64,000 nucleotides of DNA from assembly GCA_964057225.1 (NCBI GenBank), contig OZ059900.1, positions 3,100,001 through 3,164,000 on the forward strand, written 5' to 3'. Below, in pieces: positions 42,401 to 53,600 of the stretch; the stretch's first letter is position 1; every line of letters starts with the position of its first letter. The notes under the pieces were generated by a model. That model was not told the DNA's origin. It made no database searches and saw only the letters and a list, made by a program, of their open reading frames with translations. A program made the position numbers and the translations under genes. Origin of the DNA: Auanema rhodensis. Taxonomy: Eukaryota; Animalia; Nematoda.

Positions 42401-44830
42401 GATTTGAGAATCAAACATACAATACACAAAATCAGTCTATTTTTATGAGCTTGCACTGATATATATTCATTTTGATCAAAAAAGGTCGAAAATAGAAAGA
42501 ATTTTTGAATTTTCCGAGTTTTGAGTCCAATTGGGCTAAATCGCTCATATATATGATCAAAAGCATAGTTTTACTGTCTATGATAACAAAAGTCTTCAAA
42601 TATACACTAATAATGATTTAATCACTGAATTTCACTCAAATAGCATTACTACACTAAGTATGGTCGTTTTTATGCCTTTAACACCATATACTCACCGATT
42701 TTTGGTACAAAATCTGTGATACTCGTAAATTTTGATCATATTCGGTGAGATTCGAGAATCAAACACACAATACACGAAATAAGTTTATTTTTACGAGTTT
42801 GCACTGATATTTATTCATTTTGATCAAAAAAGGTCAAAAATAGAAAGAATTTTTGAAATTTCCGAGTTTTGAGTCTAATTTGGCTAAATCGCTCATATAT
42901 ATGATCAAAAGCATAGTTTTACTGTCTATGATAACAAAAGTCTTCAAATATACACTAATAATGTGTAAATCACTGAATTTCACTCAAATAGCATTACTAT
43001 ACTAAGTATGGTCGTTTTTATGCCTTTAACACCATATACTCACCGATTTTTGGTACAAAATCTGTGATACTCGTAAATTTTGATCATATTCGGTGAGATT
43101 CGAGAATCAAACACACAATACACAAAATAAGTTTATTTTTACGAGTTTGCACTGATATTTATTCATTTTGATCAAAAAAGGTCGAAAATAGAAAGAATTT
43201 TTGAAATTTCCGAGTTTTGAGTCTAATTTGGCTAAATCGCTCATATATATGATCAAAAGCATAGTTTTATTGTCTATGACAACAAAAATCATCAATTAAA
43301 CGCTAGTGATGTTTAAATACTGAATTTCGCTCAAATAGCATTACTACACTAAGTATGGTCGTTTTTATGCCTTTAACACCATATACTCACCGGTTTTTGG
43401 TACAAAATCTGTAATACTCGTAATTTTGATCATATTCGTTAAGATTTGAGAATCAAACATACAATACACAAAATCAGTCTATTTTTATGAGCTTGCACTG
43501 ATATATATTCATTTTGATCAAAAAAGGTCGAAAATAGAAAGAATTTTTGAAATTTACGAGTTTTGAGTCTAATTTGGCTAAATCGCTCATATATATGATC
43601 AGAAGCATAGTTTTATTGTCTATGACAACGAAAGTCATTAATTAAACACTAATGATGTTTAAATCACTAAATTTCGCTCAAATAGCATTACTACACTAAG
43701 TATGGTCGTTTTTATGCCTTTAACACCATATACTCACCGATTTTTGGTACAAAATCTGTAATACTCGTAAATTTTGATCATATTCGTTAAGATTTGAGAA
43801 TCAAACATACAATACACAAAATCAGTCTATTTTTATGAGCTTGCACTGATATATATTCATTTTGATCAAAAAAGGTCGAAAATAGAAAGAATTTTTGAAA
43901 TTTACGAGTTTTGAGTCTAATTTGGCTAAATCGCTCATATATATGATCAGAAGCATAGTTTTATTGTCTATGACAACAAAAGTCATTAGTTAAACACTAA
44001 TGATGTTTAAATCACTAAATTTCGCTCAAATAGCATTACTACACTAAGTATGGTCGTTTTTATGCCTTTAACACCATATACTCACCGATTTTTGGTACAA
44101 AATCTGTAATACTTGTAAATTTTGATCATATTCGTTAAGATTCGAGAATCAAACACATAATACACGAAATAAGTCTATTTTTATGAGTTTGCACTGATAT
44201 TTATTCATTTTGATCAAAAAAGGTCGAAAATAGAAAGAATTTTTGAATTTTCCGAGTTTTGAGTCCAATTGGGCTAAATCGCTCATATATATGATCAAAA
44301 GCATAGTTTTACTGTGTATGATAACAAAAGTCTTCAAATATACACTAATAATGATTTAATCACTGAATTTCACTCAAATAGCATTACTACACTAAGTATG
44401 GTCGTTTTTATGCCTTTAACACCATATACTCACCGATTTTTGGTACAAAATCTGTGATACTCGTAAATTTTGATCATATTCGGTGAGATTCGAGAATCAA
44501 ACACACAATACACGAAATAAGTTTATTTTTACGAGTTTGCACTGATATTTATTCATTTTGATCAAAAATGGTCAAAAATAGAAAAAATTTTTGAAATTTC
44601 CGAGTTTTGAGTCTAATTTGGCTAAATCGCTCATATATATGATCAAAAGCATAGTTTTACTGTCTATGATAACAAAAGTCTTCAAATAAACACTAATTCA
44701 GTGTAAATCACTGAATTTCACTCAAATAGCAATACTACACTAAGTATGGTCGTTTTTATGCCTTTAACACCATATACTCACCGATTTTTGGTACAAAATC
44801 TGTGATACTCGTAAATTTTGATCATATTCG
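36480..44830 (+). repeat. Nested 12-monomer (4172 bp) and 9-monomer (3129 bp) duplications
   Basis: 36848/41020, 37544/41716 and 37892/42064 differ by 4172; 39978/43107 and 41020/44149 differ by 3129. Marker AAATAAACACTAATTCAGTGT at ~37384, ~41556, ~44685; marker CACCGGTTTT with a nearby 1-bp deletion at ~40260 and ~43389 (also ~23571). Confidence 0.8.
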
Positions 44831-45404
44831 GTGAGATTCGAGAATCAAACACACAATACACGAAATAAGTTTATTTTTAAGAGTTTGCACTGATATTTAT
44901 TCATTTTGATCAAAAAAGGTCGAAAATAGAAAGAATTTTTGAAATTTCCGAGTTTTGAGTCTAATTTGGCTAAATCGCTCATATATATGATCAAAAGCAT
45001 AGTTTTATTGTCTATGACAACAAAAATCATCAATTAAACGCTAGTGATGTTTAAATACTGAATTTCGCTCAAATAGCATTACTACACTAAGTATGGTCGT
45101 TTTTATGCCTTTAACACCATATACTCACCGATTTTTGGTACAAAATCTGTGATACTCGTAAATTTTGATCATATTCGGTGAGATTCGAGAATCAAACACA
45201 CAATACACGAAATAAGTTTATTTTTAAGAGTTTGCACTGATATTTATTCATTTTGATCAAAAAAGGTCGAAAATAGAAAGAATTTTTGAATTTTCCGAGT
45301 TTTGAGTCCAATTGGGCTAAATCGTTCATATATATGATCAAAAGCATAGTTTTACTGTCTATGATAACAAAAGTCTTCAAATATACACTAATGATGTGTA
45401 AATC

Positions 45405-45426
45405 ACTGAATTGAGCGAAATTCAGT
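45405..45426. other. Array inversion breakpoint / centre of giant inverted repeat
   Basis: ...AATCACTGAA-TT-GAGCGAAATTCAGTATTT... The forward monomer matches to 45412 and the reverse monomer matches from 45411 (2-bp TT overlap, no inserted bases). ACTGAATT (45405-45412) pairs with AATTCAGT (45419-45426) around the loop GAGCGA. Confidence 0.95.
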
Positions 45427-47446
45427 ATTTAAACATCACTAGCGTTTAATTGATGACTTTTGTTGTCATAGACAATAAAACTATGCTTTTGATCATATAT
45501 ATGAGCGATTTAGCCAAATTAGACTCAAAACTCGGACATTTCCAAAATTCTTTCTATTTTCGACCTTTTTTGATCAAAATGAATATTTATCAGTGCAAGC
45601 TCATAAAAATAGACTGATTTTGTGTATTGTATGTTTGATTCTCAAATCTTAACAAATATGATCAAAATTTACAAGTATTACAGATTTTGTACCAAAAATC
45701 GGTGAGTATATGGTGTTAAAGGCATAAAAACGACCATACTTAGTGTAGTAATGCTATTTGAGCGAAATTCAGTATTTAAACATCACTAGCGTTTAATTGA
45801 TGACTTTTGTTGTTATAGACAATAAAACTATGCTTTTGATCATATATATGAGCGATTTAGCCAAATTGGACTCAAAACTCGGAATTTTCAAAAATTCTTT
45901 CTTTTTTCGACCTTTTTTGATCAAAATGAATATATATCAGTGCAAGCTCATAAAAATAGACTGATTTTGTGTATTGTGTGTTTGATTCTCAAATCTTAAC
46001 GAATATGATCAAAATTTACGAGTATTACAGATTTTGTACCAAAAATCGGTGAGTATATGGTGTTAAAGGCATAAAAACGACCATACTTAGTGTAGTAATG
46101 CTATTTGAGCGAAATTTAGTGATTTAAACATCATTAGTGTTTAATTAATGACTTTTGTTGTTATAGACAATAAAACTATGCTTTTGATCATATATATGAG
46201 CGATTTAGCCCAATTGGACTCAAAACTCGGAAAATTCAAAAATTCTTTCTATTTTCGACCTTTTTTGATCAAAATGAATATATATCAGTGCAAACTCATA
46301 AAAATAGACTGATTTTGTTTATTGTGTGTTTGATTTTCAAATCTTAACGAATATGATCAAAATTTACGAGTATTACAGATTTTGTACCAAAAATCGGTGA
46401 GTATATGGTGTTAAAGGCATAAAAACTACCATACTTAGTGTAGTAATGCTATTTGAGCGAAAATCAGTATTTAAACATCACTAGCGTTTAATTGATGACT
46501 TTTGTTGTCATAGACAATAAAACTATGCTTCTGATCATATATATGAGCGATTTAGCCAAATTAGACTCAAAACTCGGAAATTTCAAAAATTCTTTCTATT
46601 TTCGACCTTTTTTGATCAAAATGAATATATATCAGTGCAAGCTCATAAAAATAGACTGATTTTGTGTATTGTGTGTTTGATTATCAAATCTTAACGAATA
46701 TGATCAAAATTTACGAGTATTACAGATTTTGTACCAAAAATCGGTGAGTATATGGTGTTAAAGGCATAAAAACGACCATACTTAGTGTAGTAATGCTATT
46801 TGAGCGAAATTCAGTATTTAAACATCACTAGCGTTTAATTGATGACTTTTGTTGTTATAGACATTAAAACTATGCTTTTGATCATATATATGAGCGATTT
46901 AGCCAAATTGGACTCAAAACTCGGAAATTTCAAAAATTCTTTCTATTTTCGACCTTTTTTGATCAAAATGAATATATATCAGTGCAAGCTCATAAAAATA
47001 GACTGATTTTGTGTATTGTGTGTTTGATTCTCAAATCTTAACGAATATGATCAAAATTTACGAGTATTACAGATTTTGTACCAAAAATCGGTGAGTATAT
47101 GGTGTTAAAGGCATAAAAATGACCATACTTAGTGTAGTAATGCTATTTGAGCGAAAATCAGTATTTAAACATCACTAGCGTTTAATTGATGACTTTTGTT
47201 GTTATAGACAATAAAACTATGCTTTTGATCATATATATGAGCGATTTAGCCAAATTAGACTCAAAACTCGGACATTTCAAAAATTCTTTCTATTTTCGAC
47301 CTTTTTTGATCAAAATGAATATATATCAGTGCAAGCTCATAAAAATAGACTGATTTTGTGTATTGTATGTTTGATTCTCAAATCTTAACAAATATGATCA
47401 AAATTTACAAGTATTACAGATTTTGTACCAAAAATCGGTGAGTATA

Positions 47447-47506
47447 TGGTGTTAAAGGCATAAAAACGACCATACTTGGTGTTAAAGGCATAAAAACGAC
47501 CATACT
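47447..47506. repeat. Internal tandem duplication, 2 x 30 bp (net +29 bp) within one monomer
   Basis: TGGTGTTAAAGGCATAAAAACGACCATACT twice, followed by AGTG rather than the usual TAGTG. Confidence 0.93.
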
Positions 47507-50500
47507 AGTGTAGTAATGCTATTTGAGCGAAATTCAGTATTTAAACATCACTAGCGTTTAATTGATGACTTTTGTTGTTATAGACAATAAAACTATGCTT
47601 TTGATCATATATATGAGCGATTTAGCCAAATTGGACTCAAAACTCGGAAATTTCAAAAATTCTTTCTTTTTTCGACCTTTTTTGATCAAAATGAATATAT
47701 ATCAGTGCAAGCTCATAAAAATAGACTGATTTTGTGTATTGTGTGTTTGATTCTCAAATCTTAACGAATATGATCAAAATTTACGAGTATTACAGATTTT
47801 GTACCAAAAATCGGTGAGTATATGGTGTTAAAGGCATAAAAACGACCATACTTAGTGTAGTAATGCTATTTGAGCGAAATTCAGTATTTAAACATCACTA
47901 GCGTTTAATTGATGACTTTTGTTGTTATAGACAATAAAACTATGCTTTTGATCATATATATGAGCGATTTAGCCAAATTGGACTCAAAACTCGGACATTT
48001 CAAAAATTCTTTCTATTTTCGACCTTTTTTGATCAAAGTGAATATATATCAGTGCAAACTCATAAAAATAGACTGATTTTGTGTATTGTGTGTTTGATTC
48101 TCAAATCTTAACAAATATGATCAAAATTTACAAGTATTACAGATTTTGTACCAAAAATCGGTGAGTATATGGTGTTAAAGGCATAAAAACGACCATACTT
48201 AGTGTAGTAATGCTATTTGAGCGAAATTCAGTATTTAAACATCACTAGCGTTTAATTGATGACTTTTGTTGTCATAGACAATAAAACTATGCTTTTGATC
48301 ATATATATGAGCGATTTAGCCAAATTAGACTCAAAACTCGGACATTTCCAAAATTCTTTCTATTTTCGACCTTTTTTGATCAAAATGAATATATATCAGT
48401 GCAAGCTCATAAAAATAGACTGATTTTGTGTATTGTATGTTTGATTCTCAAATCTTAACAAATATGATCAAAATTTACAAGTATTACAGATTTTGTACCA
48501 AAAATCGGTGAGTATATGGTGTTAAAGGCATAAAAACGACCATACTTAGTGTAGTAATGCTATTTGAGCGAAATTCAGTATTTAAACATCACTAGCGTTT
48601 AATTGATGACTTTTGTTGTTATAGACAATAAAACTATGCTTTTGATCATATATATGAGCGATTTAGCCAAATTGGACTCAAAACTCGGAATTTTCAAAAA
48701 TTCTTTCTTTTTTCGACCTTTTTTGATCAAAATGAATATATATCAGTGCAAGCTCATAAAAATAGACTGATTTTGTGTATTGTGTGTTTGATTCTCAAAT
48801 CTTAACGAATATGATCAAAATTTACGAGTATTACAGATTTTGTACCAAAAATCGGTGAGTATATGGTGTTAAAGGCATAAAAACGACCATACTTAGTGTA
48901 GTAATGCTATTTGAGCGAAATTTAGTGATTTAAACATCATTAGTGTTTAATTAATGACTTTTGTTGTTATAGACAATAAAACTATGCTTTTGATCATATA
49001 TATGAGCGATTTAGCCCAATTGGACTCAAAACTCGGAAAATTCAAAAATTCTTTCTATTTTCGACCTTTTTTGATCAAAATGAATATATATCAGTGCAAA
49101 CTCATAAAAATAGACTGATTTTGTTTATTGTGTGTTTGATTTTCAAATCTTAACGAATATGATCAAAATTTACGAGTATTACAGATTTTGTACCAAAAAT
49201 CGGTGAGTATATGGTGTTAAAGGCATAAAAACGACCATACTTAGTGTAGTAATGCTATTTGAGCGAAATTTAGTGATTTAAACATCATTAGTGTTTAATT
49301 AATGACTTTCGTTGTCATAGACAATAAAACTATGCTTCTGATCATATATATGAGCGATTTAGCCAAATTAGACTCAAAACTCGTAAATTTCAAAAATTCT
49401 TTCTATTTTCGACCTTTTTTGATCAAAATGAATATATATCAGTGCAAGCTCATAAAAATAGACTGATTTTGTGTATTGTATGTTTGATTCTCAAATCTTA
49501 ACGAATATGATCAAAATTTACGAGTATTACAGATTTTGTACCAAAAATCGGTGAGTATATGGTGTTAAAGGCATAAAAACGACCATACTTAGTGTAGTAA
49601 TGCTATTTGAGCGAAAATCAGTATTTAAACATCACTAGCGTTTAATTGATGACTTTTGTTGTTATAGACAATAAAACTATGCTTTTGATCATATATATGA
49701 GCGATTTAGCCAAATTAGACTCAAAACTCGGACATTTCAAAAATTCTTTCTATTTTCGACCTTTTTTGATCAAAATGAATATATATCAGTGCAAGCTCAT
49801 AAAAATAGACTGATTTTGTGTATTGTATGTTTGATTCTCAAATCTTAACAAATATGATCAAAATTTACAAGTATTACAGATTTTGTACCAAAAATCGGTG
49901 AGTATATGGTGTTAAAGGCATAAAAACGACCATACTTAGTGTAGTAATGCTATTTGAGCGAAATTCAGTATTTAAACATCACTAGCGTTTAATTGATGAC
50001 TTTTGTTGTTATAGACAATAAAACTATGCTTTTGATCATATATATGAGCGATTTAGCCAAATTGGACTCAAAACTCGGAAATTTCAAAAATTCTTTCTTT
50101 TTTCGACCTTTTTTGATCAAAATGAATATATATCAGTGCAAGCTCATAAAAATAGACTGATTTTGTGTATTGTGTGTTTGATTCTCAAATCTTAACGAAT
50201 ATGATCAAAATTTACGAGTATTACAGATTTTGTACCAAAAATCGGTGAGTATATGGTGTTAAAGGCATAAAAACGACCATACTTAGTGTAGTAATGCTAT
50301 TTGAGCGAAATTCAGTATTTAAACATCACTAGCGTTTAATTGATGACTTTTGTTGTTATAGACAATAAAACTATGCTTTTGATCATATATATGAGCGATT
50401 TAGCCAAATTGGACTCAAAACTCGGACATTTCAAAAATTCTTTCTATTTTCGACCTATTTTGATCAAAGTGAATATATATCAGTGCAAACTCATAAAAAT

Positions 50501-50639
50501 AGACTGATTTTGTGTATTGTGTGTTTGATTCTCAAATCTTAACAAATATGATCAAAATTTACAAGTATTACAGATTTTGTACCAAAAATCGGTGAGTATA
50601 TGGTGTTAAAGGCATAAAAACGACCATACTTAGTGTAGT

Positions 50640-53600
50640 AATGCTATTTGAGCGAAATTCAGTATTTAAACATCACTAGCGTTTAATTGATGACTTTTGT
50701 TGTCATAGACAATAAAACTATGCTTTTGATCATATATATGAGCGATTTAGCCAAATTAGACTCAAAACTCGGACATTTCCAAAATTCTTTCTATTTTCGA
50801 CCTTTTTTGATCAAAATGAATATATATCAGTGCAAGCTCATAAAAATAGACTGATTTTGTGTATTGTATGTTTGATTCTCGAATCTCACCGAATATGATC
50901 AAAATTTACGAGTATCACAGATTTTGTACCAAAAATCGGTGAGTATATGGTGTTAAAGGCATAAAAACGACCATACTTAGTGTAGTAATGCTATTTGAGT
51001 GAAATTCAGTGATTAAATCATTATTAGTGTATATTTGAAGACTTTTGTTATCATAGACAGTAAAACTATGCTTTTGATCATATATATGAGCGATTTAGCC
51101 CAATTGGACTCAAAACTCGGAAAATTCAAAAATTCTTTCTATTTTCGACCTTTTTTGATCAAAATGAATATATATCAGTGCAAGCTCATAAAAATAGACT
51201 GATTTTGTGTATTGTATGTTTGATTCTCAAATCTTAACAAATATGATCAAAATTTACAAGTATTACAGATTTTGTACCAAAAATCGGTGAGTATATGGTG
51301 TTAAAGGCATAAAAACGACCATACTTAGTGTAGTAATGCTATTTGAGCGAAATTCAGTATTTAAACATCACTAGCGTTTAATTGATGACTTTTGTTGTTA
51401 TAGACAATAAAACTATGCTTTTGATCATATATATGAGCGATTTAGCCAAATTGGACTCAAAACTCGGAATTTTCAAAAATTCTTTCTTTTTTCGACCTTT
51501 TTTGATCAAAATGAATATATATCAGTGCAAGCTCATAAAAATAGACTGATTTTGTGTATTGTGTGTTTGATTCTCAAATCTTAACGAATATGATCAAAAT
51601 TTACGAGTATTACAGATTTTGTACCAAAAATCGGTGAGTATATGGTGTTAAAGGCATAAAAACGACCATACTTAGTGTAGTAATGCTATTTGAGCGAAAT
51701 TTAGTGATTTAAACATCATTAGTGTTTAATTAATGACTTTTGTTGTTATAGACAATAAAACTATGCTTTTGATCATATATATGAGCGATTTAGCCCAATT
51801 GGACTCAAAACTCGGAAAATTCAAAAATTCTTTCTATTTTCGACCTTTTTTGATCAAAATGAATATATATCAGTGCAAACTCATAAAAATAGACTGATTT
51901 TGTTTATTGTGTGTTTGATTTTCAAATCTTAACGAATATGATCAAAATTTACGAGTATTACAGATTTTGTACCAAAAATCGGTGAGTATATGGTGTTAAA
52001 GGCATAAAAACGACCATACTTAGTGTAGTAATGCTATTTGAGCGAAATTTAGTGATTTAAACATCATTAGTGTTTAATTAATGACTTTCGTTGTCATAGA
52101 CAATAAAACTATGCTTCTGATCATATATATGAGCGATTTAGCCAAATTAGACTCAAAACTCGTAAATTTCAAAAATTCTTTCTATTTTCGACCTTTTTTG
52201 ATCAAAATGAATATATATCAGTGCAAGCTCATAAAAATAGACTGATTTTGTGTATTGTATGTTTGATTCTCAAATCTTAACGAATATGATCAAAATTTAC
52301 GAGTATTACAGATTTTGTACCAAAAATCGGTGAGTATATGGTGTTAAAGGCATAAAAACGACCATACTTAGTGTAGTAATGCTATTTGAGCGAAATTCAG
52401 TATTTAAACATCACTAGCGTTTAATTGATGATTTTTGTTGTCATAGACAATAAAACTATGCTTTTGATCATATATATGAGCGATTTAGCCAAATTAGACT
52501 CAAAACTCGGAAATTTCAAAAATTCTTTCTATTTTCGACCTTTTTTGATCAAAATGAATAAATATCAGTGCAAACTCTTAAAAATAAACTTATTTCGTGT
52601 ATTGTGTGTTTGATTCTCGAATCTCACCGAATATGATCAAAATTTACGAGTATCACAGATTTTGTACCAAAAATCGGTGAGTATATGGTGTTAAAGGCAT
52701 AAAAACGACCATACTTAGTGTAGTATTGCTATTTGAGTGAAATTCAGTGATTTACACATTATTAGTGTTTATTTGAAGACTTTTGTTATCATAGACAGTA
52801 AAACTATGCTTTTGATCATATATATGAGCGATTTAGCCAAATTAGACTCAAAACTCGGAAATTTCAAAAATTTTTTCTATTTTTGACCTTTTTTGATCAA
52901 AATGAATAAATATCAGTGCAAACTCGTAAAAATAAACTTATTTCGTGTATTGTGTGTTTGATTCTCGAATCTCACCGAATATGATCAAAATTTACGAGTA
53001 TCACAGATTTTGTACCAAAAATCGGTGAGTATATGGTGTTAAAGGCATAAAAACGACCATACTTAGTGTAGTAATGCTATTTGAGTGAAATTCAGTGATT
53101 AAATCATTATTAGTGTATATTTGAAGACTTTTGTTATCATAGACAGTAAAACTATGCTTTTGATCATATATATGAGCGATTTAGCCCAATTGGACTCAAA
53201 ACTCGGAAAATTCAAAAATTCTTTCTATTTTCGACCTTTTTTGATCAAAATGAATAAATATCAGTGCAAACTCATAAAAATAGACTTATTTCGTGTATTA
53301 TGTGTTTGATTCTCGAATCTTAACGAATATGATCAAAATTTACAAGTATTACAGATTTTGTACCAAAAATCGGTGAGTATATGGTGTTAAAGGCATAAAA
53401 ACGACCATACTTAGTGTAGTAATGCTATTTGAGCGAAAATCAGTATTTAAACATCACTAGCGTTTAATTGATGACTTTTGTTGTCATAGACAATAAAACT
53501 ATGCTTTTGATCATATATATGAGCGATTTAGCCAAATTAGACTCAAAACTCGTAAATTTCAAAAATTTTTTCTATTTTTGACCTTTTTTGATCAAAATGA

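Larger units (their letters stand above)
1..45412 (+). repeat. Satellite DNA array, 347/348-bp monomer, orientation 1 (about 130.6 copies)
   Basis: Monomer start ATC(A/G)AACA(C/T)ACAAT recurs at 1, 348 and 696 (periods 347, 348). The near-invariant core TACTACACTAAGTATGGTCGTTTTTATGCCTTTAACACCATATACTCA recurs uninterrupted to about 45.1 kb. ORF-track spacings are all near-multiples of 347.6. Strand label is arbitrary and only marks orientation. Confidence 0.98.

Noticed and set aside
45380-45450. Inversion as a simple fold-back read artefact or a transposon footprint
   Set aside because: The arms are not exact mirror copies (different variants from the first monomer onward), and no foreign bases, terminal inverted repeats or target-site duplication are present. 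An assembly misjoin cannot be excluded without reads.
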